This document shows positions 15,749 through 25,003 of a DNA stretch of 32,000 bases, in pieces. The stretch is taken from contig NC_006512.1 in the NCBI RefSeq assembly GCF_000008465.1, forward strand, positions 2,550,001 to 2,582,000. The letters run 5' to 3'. The notes under the pieces were generated by a model. It did not search any database. It was not told the DNA's origin and was given only the letters and a program-made list of their open reading frames with translations. Each line of letters opens with the position of its first letter. Position 1 is the first letter of the stretch. This DNA is from Idiomarina loihiensis L2TR (lineage in GTDB: Bacteria > Pseudomonadota > Gammaproteobacteria > Enterobacterales > Alteromonadaceae). The translations under genes were made by a program, and so were the position numbers.

Positions 15749-17878
15749 ATGAAGAAAACGATCTTAGCCAGCACCATATTGGCCGCTCTTGCAACTCCCG
15801 CTATGGCCAATAACGCCAACGGCGATACTGATATCGAGCAAATCAAAATTATTGGCAGTAAAACAGACGCCCGCAATGTAGCCGGCTCCAGCGCCGTCAT
15901 TGACGAAGAACAGATGCGCATTGAAGTTCCGAGCGACATCAACCAGTTAATGAAAACCATCCCGGGTGTTTATGTCCGTGAAGAAGATGGCGAAGGCCTA
16001 CGTCCGAATATCGGTATTCGTGCTGCAACAGCAGGGCGTGTCAGCAAGGTCACGCTGCTGGAAGACGGAGTCATGATGGCTCCGGCACCTTATTCAAACC
16101 CGGCCGCCTACTACTTCCCGACTACCTTCCGTATGTCATCAGTTGAAGTATTAAAAGGCGCTCCTTTACTGCGTTACGGCCCACAGACAACCGGCGGAGT
16201 TTTAAACCTGGTGACAACACCCGTTCCGGAAGACTTTGGCGGCCAGGTACTAACTGAATTTGGCGAAAACAGCAGCCGTGACATTCACGCTCATGTGGGC
16301 GGTACGAAAGGTCAATGGGGCTTTTTATTAGAAACCGTTCAACGCAGCAGTGACGGCTTTAAAGAAATTGACCGTAGCAGCCGCGATGCCGGTTTTGATA
16401 TTGAAGACTACGTTGCAAAACTGCAGTGGACTGGCGAGCGCCAGAGCTTGTTGGCCAAAGTTCAATATTCAGAAGAAATCTCAAACGAGACTTATCTCGG
16501 TTTGACCGATGAAGATTTCGCTCAGAATGAAAACCGCCGTTACGGGCTGTCTGAGATTGACCAGATGGATAACTCGCACAAAGGCTACAGCTTAAACTAC
16601 GCGTTTGAAGCGACGGATAATCTCACTTTCACTATTTTAGGCTACTACAACGACTATGCTCGCAACTGGTTCAAACTGGATGGCGGTAATGCGTACGTCA
16701 GTGCGGCTAATAACGGTGGCGCCGAGGCATTGGCTATTTTGCTAGGCACTCAGGACGAAGCCGGTCTGAACTACAAAAACAACAACCGTGCTTATGAATC
16801 AAAAGGCATTGAAGCCAATGCTCAGTTTGTTTTTGGAACTCATAACCTGGAAGTGGGTGTTCGTGACCACAGCGACGAAATGGACCGTTTCCAGCCAGTT
16901 GAAATTTATGATCAGGTTAACGGTAGCCTCGTCTATCAGGGCGAAGTTATGCCTACCGGCGGCAATAACCGTTTAGAAGGCGCTGACGCAATCAGCTTCT
17001 GGCTGACAGATCGGTGGCAGGCAACAGAAGACCTTAATGTACACTTTGCGCTGCGTTATGAAGACGTAGAGTCTTATCGTAATCAGTTTGCTGATACGGC
17101 TCGCGAGCAACTGGACAGCGCGCGTTCAAACGATAGCGACGAGTGGTTGCCGGGCGTATCCTTCACTTATGACGTCAACGATAACTGGCAGGTACTGGCC
17201 GGCGCACATAAAGGTTTTTCTCCTTTAGGCGGCGGTGCGAAAGAGTTCCAGGAACCAGAAACCAGCAATAACTACGAAGCCGGCGTTCGTTTTAACCAAG
17301 GTTCTTTCTTTGCGGAAGCTATTGGTTTCTACAGCGACTTTAGCGACACCACTCAGCAATGTTCAATTGCTAACCCTTGTGACAACGGTGCTGAGTCGGG
17401 TAACTACGTATTGGGTGAGTCAGTAGTTCGCGGTTTGGAATTCCAGGCGAGCAATACCTTTGAAGCAGGAAGTTTCTTAATACCTATTGATGTTACTTAC
17501 ACCTATACCAAGGGTGAAATTAGCGAAGACAACCTCAATAACCTTGACGGCGACGAGTTAGCTGACATTCCACAAAACATGTTCAGTATGCGTATTGCAC
17601 TCGATAACCAACAAGGATGGGTAAATTATGTTGTCGCCAAATATGCTGACGAAATGTGCGTCAGCACCGGCTGCAACCGAAGCAACAGCCGCTTTGACAA
17701 AACGGAGTCCGTTTTTGTCACCGATTTTGTCAGCCGCTACGAAATGAACAACAACATGGCGGTTTATTTCAAAGTTGAGAACCTATTCGACCAACAGAAG
17801 ATCGTTGCTCGCTCGCCACATGGTGCGCGTCCGAACAAACCTCAAAGCGCTTCTTTCGGTGTGGAATACACTTTCTAA
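15749..17878 (+). CDS. TonB-dependent outer-membrane receptor (probable iron/siderophore uptake)
   Basis: The 709-aa product has a signal peptide ending AMA and a plug domain (GVYVREEDGEGLRPNIGIRA...VEVLKGA..LRYGPQTTGGVLNLVT). It also has a beta-barrel with a terminal aromatic residue (...FGVEYTF). Confidence 0.9.
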   Translation: MKKTILASTILAALATPAMANNANGDTDIEQIKIIGSKTDARNVAGSSAVIDEEQMRIEVPSDINQLMKTIPGVYVREEDGEGLRPNIGIRAATAGRVSKVTLLEDGVMMAPAPYSNPAAYYFPTTFRMSSVEVLKGAPLLRYGPQTTGGVLNLVTTPVPEDFGGQVLTEFGENSSRDIHAHVGGTKGQWGFLLETVQRSSDGFKEIDRSSRDAGFDIEDYVAKLQWTGERQSLLAKVQYSEEISNETYLGLTDEDFAQNENRRYGLSEIDQMDNSHKGYSLNYAFEATDNLTFTILGYYNDYARNWFKLDGGNAYVSAANNGGAEALAILLGTQDEAGLNYKNNNRAYESKGIEANAQFVFGTHNLEVGVRDHSDEMDRFQPVEIYDQVNGSLVYQGEVMPTGGNNRLEGADAISFWLTDRWQATEDLNVHFALRYEDVESYRNQFADTAREQLDSARSNDSDEWLPGVSFTYDVNDNWQVLAGAHKGFSPLGGGAKEFQEPETSNNYEAGVRFNQGSFFAEAIGFYSDFSDTTQQCSIANPCDNGAESGNYVLGESVVRGLEFQASNTFEAGSFLIPIDVTYTYTKGEISEDNLNNLDGDELADIPQNMFSMRIALDNQQGWVNYVVAKYADEMCVSTGCNRSNSRFDKTESVFVTDFVSRYEMNNNMAVYFKVENLFDQQKIVARSPHGARPNKPQSASFGVEYTF

Positions 17879-17904
17879 AAGACAATCCCTCCCTGGATTT
17901 ATCG

Positions 17905-17933
17905 TGGCCCCATTTTTATGGGGCCATTTTTTT
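17905..17933 (+). terminator. Rho-independent terminator of the TonB-dependent receptor gene
   Basis: TGGCCCCA-TTTTTA-TGGGGCCA is followed by seven Ts. There is no U-tract in the opposite orientation. Confidence 0.8.
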
Positions 17934-17943
17934 CTGGGCCACC

Positions 17944-18891
17944 TTATTGCGCTAAGCTAATCAGGTAATCCGCTAACGCGCCCATGCCTGTTTTCTTAAC
18001 ACCCGCTTCGCGTTCTGCACTTTGATTATAGTTAGTGTTGGTGTTCACATCGTAAACGTACAGCTCGCCTTTTGCGTCTTCGATAAACTCAATGCCAGCC
18101 ACATCAATATCATTGGCTTTTAAAAAGGCTTCCAGCGCAAAAATAATTTCATGGTCATTAAAGCGCTGCGTAATAGTGAATTTATTGGGTTGATTGCCAT
18201 CAGCAGGCGCTTCGCTGGTTGGACAAAACGCATCATCCACACTGCAAACATCGGCAGGGCATAACTCGAAGCCTTGCTCAGTATTAACGTTAACCGCGTA
18301 AACAAATTTCTGCCCGACAAACTCGCTGCGCGTAATATGCGGTTGCTTTGGCTGAATATATTCCTGTAACAGCCAAATGCCATCTAAAGGCTCTTCATAA
18401 TCATCGCTGTTTATGTAGCTCTTTAAGCCAGCAACATCATCAAACTTAATAACACCTAAGCCTTTACCACCGCGGTTAGGTTTTAAAATCAATGGCCACT
18501 CGGCAAATTTCTCAGCGGCCTCGGTCAGCAGCTCTTTCCCCACCACAGCCTGTGTTTTAGGCACGTTAAGGCCGGCTTTTTGTAATGCCGCATACTGCGA
18601 CAGCTTACACACCTCCAGCGCTAGCACCCGGGTACCATTAACCACGGTTCTATTACTGTTTTCCAACCAGGTTAACGCCATGCGAGTCAGCTCCGGTGCA
18701 AAACGATGTCCTCTTGTATGCGAGGAGGCACTCATACGATTATAGTAAACCGCATCTTCCGGAAGCTCGGAAAAAGGTATAACCCCCGTATCCAGGAACC
18801 ATTCTTTGGCTTGCACACCGCGCTTCTCAAACTCTGCTCTTAGTGGCACCAGCCACTCTTCATTTTCGTGCAGAATAACAATATCTCGCAT
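17944..18891 (-). CDS. ATP-grasp family ligase (RimK / glutathione-synthetase-like), substrate unknown
   Basis: The 315-aa product has ATP-grasp motifs: LILKPNRGGKGLGV, LLQEYI and AGIEFIEDAKGELYVYDVNTNTNY. It also has an unusual Cys-containing loop, ELCPADVCSVDDAFCP. A GAGG Shine-Dalgarno sits in the 9-nt gap after the upstream permease gene. Confidence 0.75.
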   Translation of the reverse strand: MRDIVILHENEEWLVPLRAEFEKRGVQAKEWFLDTGVIPFSELPEDAVYYNRMSASSHTRGHRFAPELTRMALTWLENSNRTVVNGTRVLALEVCKLSQYAALQKAGLNVPKTQAVVGKELLTEAAEKFAEWPLILKPNRGGKGLGVIKFDDVAGLKSYINSDDYEEPLDGIWLLQEYIQPKQPHITRSEFVGQKFVYAVNVNTEQGFELCPADVCSVDDAFCPTSEAPADGNQPNKFTITQRFNDHEIIFALEAFLKANDIDVAGIEFIEDAKGELYVYDVNTNTNYNQSAEREAGVKKTGMGALADYLISLAQ

Positions 18892-18900
18892 GGTTACCTC

Positions 18901-20121
18901 TTAGCGTCTCAGCTGATGTATCAGCAGAACTACGACAATAAAAATAAGCCCTGACAACAATACCTGCCAGGGAACAAAAACGGCCAGCCCAAGACAACTG
19001 ACTAAACCTAGTATGGATACCCATTTAGGCACAAAACGATCACTTTTTGTGACCTTCAGTGCCGCTAAATTCGTGATGCCATAATACACTAAAACCGTGA
19101 AGGCACTGAACGACCATGCGGTCTTTATATCACCAATTGCGACCAACACCAGCATGACAAAACAAGTTAACCAGGTTGCCGGTGGCGCCGAGGTTTGTTG
19201 GTCATTTAAGTTAGCAAAGCGCATTGGCAAATCGGCTCTGCGCCCCATGGCCAGAACCACCCGCGACACCCCCAAAATTAAGTTGAGAATAACTCCGCCC
19301 ATAGCGACCACTGCACCCGCGGTGACCAACCATTGTATAGGTCCAGTTGGCAACAAACTCGCCAAAGAGAAGTGCTCCGCCTGGAAGTCCGCTATGCTGG
19401 GAAAATGCAAGAGCGCGCTACCAACCCCCAAATACAGAAGCGTCACAACCGCCAGAGTTAAAATAACGGCCAGCGGAATAACCTGACGCGGATTTTGTAC
19501 CTCTTCCCCCATGGTGGCAATACGTCCGTAACCTGTGTAGGCAACAAAAAGCAGAGCTGCCGCCTGCAAAACGTGCCACCACTCGACCGAAGCCCGCTCA
19601 ACAACGGCGGTTTGTTGATGACCTGTAATAATAAAAGCCAACAGAGCCACTATGCTCACCGTAACAATGGCTGCATTAACCCAGTTTGTGCGCTTAACGC
19701 CCCCCAGTACTAATAACGTAAATAGCACCAATACTGCGGCGGCTATCCACTGTGCTAAATATTCAGGTATTGCCGTGACATTCGTCACATACCAGCCTAC
19801 CGCCAGCGCAGCGGTTGCCGCTGACGCACTTTTTGCTACTACGAACAAGCTACCCGCCGTTACGCCATAAGCCGGGGTCAGAAACCGATAACCATATTCA
19901 TAGGTGCCGCCGCTTACTGAATGTGCGGAAGCTAACTGAGCCGAAGACAGGCCATTGCATAAAGCCGTTACTGCCGCAATGAGAATGGCCCATAAAACGG
20001 CACCACCGGCAATATCCGCACCAATACCCACACTAACGAACGCACCGGTACCTAAAATGGAACCCAGCCCTAAAACTATAGCTCCGGCCAGCGAGGTGGA
20101 ACGCACGAGTTGTTGACTCAT
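18901..20121 (-). CDS. APC-superfamily amino-acid/polyamine permease
   Basis: The 406-aa product has about 11-12 TM segments. The N-terminal GSILGTGAFVS motif is typical of APC permeases. It forms an operon with the ATP-grasp gene. Confidence 0.78.
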   Translation of the reverse strand: MSQQLVRSTSLAGAIVLGLGSILGTGAFVSVGIGADIAGGAVLWAILIAAVTALCNGLSSAQLASAHSVSGGTYEYGYRFLTPAYGVTAGSLFVVAKSASAATAALAVGWYVTNVTAIPEYLAQWIAAAVLVLFTLLVLGGVKRTNWVNAAIVTVSIVALLAFIITGHQQTAVVERASVEWWHVLQAAALLFVAYTGYGRIATMGEEVQNPRQVIPLAVILTLAVVTLLYLGVGSALLHFPSIADFQAEHFSLASLLPTGPIQWLVTAGAVVAMGGVILNLILGVSRVVLAMGRRADLPMRFANLNDQQTSAPPATWLTCFVMLVLVAIGDIKTAWSFSAFTVLVYYGITNLAALKVTKSDRFVPKWVSILGLVSCLGLAVFVPWQVLLSGLIFIVVVLLIHQLRR

Positions 20122-20209
20122 AGGCTGCCCTTTTTTCTTTCGTTGGTGATTCAGTCACTTCTCTATTATCTTACAGGGTAAAAGATGAACTGGATGTGAC
20201 AACCACTTA

Positions 20210-21574
20210 ATGAAACATTTAGCACTGGGGCCCATAACCGCCCTTATTGTATTACTCACAACACAGCTGGCAAACATGCCGTTACCCGCGGCTCTAACCT
20301 TAAGCACCGTTGTCTGGGTGGCCTGGTGGTGGGTAACCGAGTGCATCCCTTTACCTGTCACCTCATTACTGCCTTTTGTGTTGCTTCCAACGTTTGGGGT
20401 TATCGACACACAAACCGCCGCAGGCGCTTTAGGCGACAACATCATTCTGTTGTTTATGGGGGCATTCATGCTGGCCAAAGCCGTTGAAGCCAGCGGTGTT
20501 CATAAACGCATGGCTCTGTCTTTGATTGCCCGCATTGGTGCTGACAATGGTCGCAAAGTGGTTATTTCCTTTATGGCAGCAACCGCCTTTCTGTCCATGT
20601 GGATATCGAACACAGCGAGTGTTTTAGCACTTTTACCCGTTGCTTTAGCTCTGGCCGATGCCAGCGACGACGAAAATTTCCAGCGCGCTCTGCTGTTAGG
20701 CCTGGCCTACGCCGGCTCACTTGGCGGCGTCGCGACGTTAGTAGGAACACCACCAAATCTGATTTTTGCGTCTATTTACCAGAATATTACCGGCGTAGAA
20801 TTCAGTTTTACCCGTTGGCTGGGCATTGGTTTACCCATGGTTCTGCTGGGGTTACCTATTATCGCACTTTGGTTAACGCGTAACGTCAAACTGTCAAAGC
20901 CACTTGAGTTGCCAACCACCAGTGAAATGACAACCTACGAAAAGCGCGTGCTGATGGTATTTGGTACTGTCGTCGTTTTGTGGATAACACGTACCGCTCC
21001 CTTTGGCGGCTGGACTGGATTGCTTGGCGTTGGCAGCCTCAATGACGCGACCGTTGCCCTGGCCGGCGTTGTCTCTATGTTTGTTATTCCTACCGGAAAT
21101 GCGAAAAACGAGAAACTGTTAAACTGGCCGTTGGCTAGAGATATTCCCTGGGGCATTCTGCTATTATTTGCCGGCGGTATTTGCTTAGCCCGCGGCGTTA
21201 TGGAAAGTGGGCTTGGCGAACTTATTGGTCAGTCTCTCACGGCGTTGGACGCTCTGCCATTGTGGTTACTGATTTTTGTTTTGAGTCTGACCGTATCCTT
21301 CGTTACAGAAGTCACCTCCAATACAGCAACTGCCACCTTGCTGATGCCAATTCTGGCTGCCACGGCAACAGCACTTGAGTTACCTATCGAGTTACTCATG
21401 ATACCGGCGGTTATTGCCTGCAGTTGTGCCTTTTGCATGCCGGTGGCCACACCGCCAAACTCTATTGTTTTTGCCTCTAATAGAGTCACTATAAAAGACA
21501 TGGCGAAAGAAGGCCTGGTACTGAATATTTTGCTGGCCATTGTCACAACACTAGTGGTATTAATTTTTGTCTAG
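20210..21574 (+). CDS. DASS/SLC13-family Na+-coupled anion (di/tricarboxylate or sulfate) symporter
   Basis: The 454-aa polytopic product has duplicated SNT/SNTA hairpin motifs (WISNTASVLALLP and EVTSNTATATLLMPI) plus GTPPN and TPPNS. These are characteristic of DASS transporters. Confidence 0.8.
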   Translation: MKHLALGPITALIVLLTTQLANMPLPAALTLSTVVWVAWWWVTECIPLPVTSLLPFVLLPTFGVIDTQTAAGALGDNIILLFMGAFMLAKAVEASGVHKRMALSLIARIGADNGRKVVISFMAATAFLSMWISNTASVLALLPVALALADASDDENFQRALLLGLAYAGSLGGVATLVGTPPNLIFASIYQNITGVEFSFTRWLGIGLPMVLLGLPIIALWLTRNVKLSKPLELPTTSEMTTYEKRVLMVFGTVVVLWITRTAPFGGWTGLLGVGSLNDATVALAGVVSMFVIPTGNAKNEKLLNWPLARDIPWGILLLFAGGICLARGVMESGLGELIGQSLTALDALPLWLLIFVLSLTVSFVTEVTSNTATATLLMPILAATATALELPIELLMIPAVIACSCAFCMPVATPPNSIVFASNRVTIKDMAKEGLVLNILLAIVTTLVVLIFV

Positions 21575-21634
21575 TGCGCCGACAGCTCTGACAGGCTATA
21601 ATCGCACGCTTTCATCTCCTCAAAAGGATCTGAC

Positions 21635-21973
21635 ATGAGCGACTTCCCAGCCTGCCCTGAGTGTAAATCAAGCTTCACCTACCACGATGGTACCTTATTA
21701 GTTTGTCCTGAATGCGGACACGAATGGTCTGAAAACGAGCCAGAAACAACTGACGATGCACCCACTTTTCGCGATGCCAACGGTGCACCACTGGAAGACG
21801 GCGATACTGTCACTGTCATTAAAGATCTTAAAATTAAAGGTTCATCATCGGTCGTTAAAGTCGGTACCAAAGTTAAGAATATCCGTTTAATTGATGATGA
21901 CCATGACATCGACTGTAAAATTGATGGTATTGGTGCAATGAAACTGAAATCTGAATTTGTTAAAAAGGTCTAA
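21635..21973 (+). CDS. yjdM: Zinc-ribbon protein YjdM/PhnA
   Basis: The 112-aa product is nearly collinear by eye with E. coli YjdM (CP.C.S..TY.....CPEC..EW; IKDLK.KGSS...[10 protein letters not shown]...[20 protein letters not shown]). Confidence 0.9.
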   Translation: MSDFPACPECKSSFTYHDGTLLVCPECGHEWSENEPETTDDAPTFRDANGAPLEDGDTVTVIKDLKIKGSSSVVKVGTKVKNIRLIDDDHDIDCKIDGIGAMKLKSEFVKKV

Positions 21974-21994
21974 AATCGGATACCGGAAATTACT

Positions 21995-23203
21995 ATGAGA
22001 ACGCTTTTAGCTGTCTGCCTTGTTCTTTTTTCGTCATTTACTTTCGGGAAAAGTAATGAACAAACTGTGGTGCTTATTTCAATTGATGGCTTTCGTCACG
22101 ACTATATTGAAAAACATGACGCCAAAAACATTGCAGAATTAGCTAAAAGCGGTGTGCGCAGTAAAGGGCTTATTCCTGTTTATCCGTCAAAGACATTCCC
22201 AAATCATCTATCTATTATCACCGGCCGTTATCCCACTAATCACGGCCTGGTGGATAATAATTTTTACGATACCGAACGCCAGCAAAAGTACAGCATGGGC
22301 GACGGCTTAGAGGACAGTAGCTGGATTACCGCTTTACCCCTATGGAACCTTGCCGAATTTCAGGGCGTAAAAGCGGCGACCTTTTTCTGGCCTGAGTCTG
22401 ATGCCCGCATTAATGGCCGGACGCCCAGTTACTTCTATCATTACAGTACACCGGTTCCTAATAGCCAACGAGTAGACCAAATTATTGAATGGTTAAAGTT
22501 ACCGGAGAAAGCGCGTCCAAGACTGGTTACTGGCTATTTTTCTGTCGTTGACACCATGGGTCATCGGTTTGGCCCGGACGCTAAACAAGTGAAAGGTGCA
22601 GTTCAGCACGTTGATAAGCTTATTGGCGAGTTATGGCAGCGAATGCAAACGGAAGTGGATGCGCCGGTTAATCTGGTTCTGGTTTCTGACCACGGCATGG
22701 CGCCAATAAAGGCCAACAAGATGATTGATGTTAATGAGCTGAATATTGATGAAGAGCTTTTTAACGTTGTAAATGCACAAACTCGACTGCTTATTTACGC
22801 AAATGAGGAGACTTCGGACAAGCAAGTGGACTCACTCCGACAACGCTTGAACCAAATGGCTGATGCCCCCTTTTATACAGAATCGGAAGCAGCGTTGGCT
22901 CAACGGCACTTCGTGAATAGCCCACGGGTTCCTGCCATTGTTTTAGCAACGGATGCTCCTACCAGCTTCGCTACACGGCCGCGTGATCAGTGGTCAGACG
23001 GCGGCACTCACGGGTATTACGGCACCCGCGATATGGACGGCTTTTTTGTTGCAGCCGGAACCGGTTTTCATCGTGGCCAGCAAATTGAGCGTTTTGAGAA
23101 CATCCATATATACCCAATGCTGGCAGAATTACTCAATTTAGATCTGCTCACCGAAATTGATGGCCGGGCTGACGTACTCCGGCCAATCTTAAAAGCGAAT
23201 TAA
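21995..23203 (+). CDS. Secreted nucleotide pyrophosphatase/phosphodiesterase (NPP, alkaline-phosphatase superfamily)
   Basis: A signal peptide is present. The NPP catalytic-Thr motif PSKTFPNHLSIITGRYPTNHG and the metal-ligand segments ISIDGFR, DTMGHRFGP and SDHGM are all seen. Confidence 0.85.
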   Translation: MRTLLAVCLVLFSSFTFGKSNEQTVVLISIDGFRHDYIEKHDAKNIAELAKSGVRSKGLIPVYPSKTFPNHLSIITGRYPTNHGLVDNNFYDTERQQKYSMGDGLEDSSWITALPLWNLAEFQGVKAATFFWPESDARINGRTPSYFYHYSTPVPNSQRVDQIIEWLKLPEKARPRLVTGYFSVVDTMGHRFGPDAKQVKGAVQHVDKLIGELWQRMQTEVDAPVNLVLVSDHGMAPIKANKMIDVNELNIDEELFNVVNAQTRLLIYANEETSDKQVDSLRQRLNQMADAPFYTESEAALAQRHFVNSPRVPAIVLATDAPTSFATRPRDQWSDGGTHGYYGTRDMDGFFVAAGTGFHRGQQIERFENIHIYPMLAELLNLDLLTEIDGRADVLRPILKAN

Positions 23204-23694
23204 TTATCGTCAAGTTGCGGTGTTTTCATAAATATCGCGACTATTGCTGCCGTGATGGTGCCGACAACAAGGGCAAAAAGCATTGACTGAATAATATAGC
23301 TACCTAAAGTAAAATAAACTTCTGCTTGCTCAGCGTCCATCCCACCTTCATTAACAGCAAAGTTACTAACGTTTTCAAAATAATTCGGTGAAATAATAAC
23401 GTGTGTTATCCACTGGCTAATTGGCGTTAAAACCGCCACCACAATGGCTATAATCAGACCACTGATGAATCCCTGCTTCCAAGTCATTGATCCGTTAAGA
23501 TCTTTTTCTCGTTTTTCTCTAAGTGCTAATACATAAATGGCGATAGCAATAAGTGCAAAGAAGTTCGAGTAAGTTGAATGGTAAGCAATGTAATTGTCAT
23601 GAAGACCAACTAGCCTTGCTATTAATACCCACAACATACTGACTATAATAAAAATAACGCCCCACTTTATTTCTGTTGTTCGTGTTTTAAGCAT
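23200..23694 (-). CDS. Four-TM membrane protein, DUF4199-like (recognised from memory only)
   Basis: The 164-aa product has four hydrophobic helices and a central amphipathic segment (ISPNYFENV...GMDAEQAEVYF). This resembles the DUF4199 pattern seen mainly in Bacteroidota. The gene looks AT-richer than its neighbours (hand count of about 32-45% GC per 60-nt line). Confidence 0.45.
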   Translation of the reverse strand: MLKTRTTEIKWGVIFIIVSMLWVLIARLVGLHDNYIAYHSTYSNFFALIAIAIYVLALREKREKDLNGSMTWKQGFISGLIIAIVVAVLTPISQWITHVIISPNYFENVSNFAVNEGGMDAEQAEVYFTLGSYIIQSMLFALVVGTITAAIVAIFMKTPQLDDN

Positions 23695-23797
23695 TCTGGA
23701 TTACCCTTTTGTAAAGATCCCTAAAAACAATAGCACTATTAAGGGATAGTCTGTAATTATAGTCCCGTTTTAAACGAATTAATTCAGGAGGATTCTC

Positions 23798-25003
23798 GTG
23801 GAAATACCCAGCATGCTCGCTATCGTGGCTGCACTGTGGGTTGTTCTGGTGATAGCCGGCGCTTTTGAGGCCGTTCGCCATTGGGCACTTGTCCGTAAAA
23901 TTCCAGTGCGAGTCCATGTAAATGGTACTCGGGGAAAAACCAGCGTTACCCGGTTAATTGCGGCAGGATTACGCAGTGGTGGTAAACGCATTTGTGCTAA
24001 AACAACTGGTTCTGCAGCAGCTATTACCGACCCGGATGGTCGCGAATTTCCTATTTACCGAATAAGCGGTGCAAATATTATTGAACAAATGCGCACACTC
24101 AAAAGAATGGCAGCATTAAAGCCTGAAATTGTGGTTATGGAATGTATGGCACTGCAGCCTCAGTATCAGTCTTTGAGTGAATTGCGAATGGTTCGCTCAA
24201 CTGTTGGTGTTATTACCAATGCCCGTGCCGACCATTTAGATGTTATGGGCCCCGGTGAGAACGATGTCGCCTTAGCTCTGGCAGGTAGCACCCCACTAAA
24301 AGGCGACTTATTCACCGCCGAACGCGACTTACTGGATGTGTTTAAACATTCATGTAACGACCGTAAAAGTGAACTGCATGGCGTAACCGAGGACGAAGTT
24401 AACGCTATTACCGATGACACCATGAAGCGTTTCCGTTACGCAGAGCACGCCGAAAATGTTGCTTTAGCTCTGAATGTCTGCCAGCACCTTGGTGTTGACC
24501 GGGAGAAAGCTCTGGATGGCATGGTTGCATTAGAGCCGGAAGCGGGTGCCATGCAGGTTCTTCACGTTAACTACTTCAAGCGCGAAATTGTATTCGTCAA
24601 CGCCTTTGCAGCCAATGACCCTGAGTCTACAGGACGCATTTGGGAAAATATGCTGGAAAAACATGGCGAAGAGCGACGTAAAATTGTTTTGATCAACTGC
24701 AGGGCTGACCGCCCCCACCGCTCTCAGCAAATGGCCGAAGACATCGTTAAATGGAGTCCCGCAGATAAATACCTGTTAATGGGCTCAGGAACCTTCATTT
24801 TCGTCCGTAATGCCGTGAAATACGGCCTTGACCCCGAAAAGCTACTTGTTATGGAAAATGCTGAGATGACCGAAATTACCGAAACTATTTTAGAAGAATC
24901 CGGCAGCAGCGCATTAGTTGTCGGTATGTGCAACATTCACGGAGGTGGCGAAGAAGTCGCTCGTTTCTTCCAGAACCGGGCAATCAAGGAGGAAGATTTA
25001 TGA
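23798..25003 (+). CDS. pgsB: Poly-gamma-glutamate synthase PgsB/CapB (Mur-ligase-like amide ligase)
   Basis: The GTG start has an AGGAGG Shine-Dalgarno 6 nt upstream. An N-terminal TM helix is followed by VRVHVNGTRGKTSVTRL (P-loop), ECMA..P.YQ, DHLDVMGP, PGAM, VN.FAANDP.ST, NCRADR..R.QQ and NIHG. The product is collinear by eye with B. subtilis PgsB. Confidence 0.9.
   Translation: MEIPSMLAIVAALWVVLVIAGAFEAVRHWALVRKIPVRVHVNGTRGKTSVTRLIAAGLRSGGKRICAKTTGSAAAITDPDGREFPIYRISGANIIEQMRTLKRMAALKPEIVVMECMALQPQYQSLSELRMVRSTVGVITNARADHLDVMGPGENDVALALAGSTPLKGDLFTAERDLLDVFKHSCNDRKSELHGVTEDEVNAITDDTMKRFRYAEHAENVALALNVCQHLGVDREKALDGMVALEPEAGAMQVLHVNYFKREIVFVNAFAANDPESTGRIWENMLEKHGEERRKIVLINCRADRPHRSQQMAEDIVKWSPADKYLLMGSGTFIFVRNAVKYGLDPEKLLVMENAEMTEITETILEESGSSALVVGMCNIHGGGEEVARFFQNRAIKEEDL

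Noticed and set aside
21597-21602. A perfect TATAAT hexamer upstream of phnA as a confident promoter call.
   Set aside because: I could find no acceptable -35 element at 16-18 bp spacing and no extended -10 TG. It is mentioned only as a possibility within the DASS-phnA-NPP finding.
23687-23991. Two minus-strand ORFs (23687-23917 and 23779-23991) across the pgsB promoter and 5' region that could be mistaken for small regulators.
   Set aside because: They are antisense to the conserved PgsB N-terminus and P-loop region. Their translations have no motifs, and they overlap each other in different frames.
24928-24999. Upstream extensions of the pgsC ORF (24928-24999) and of the third pgs gene (25464-25589).
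   Set aside because: Both extensions overlap the preceding gene in another frame and are Arg/Gly-rich nonsense. The internal ATGs at 25000 and 25590 have an ATGA overlap and an AGGAGGA Shine-Dalgarno respectively, and they yield sensible N-terminal TM helices.
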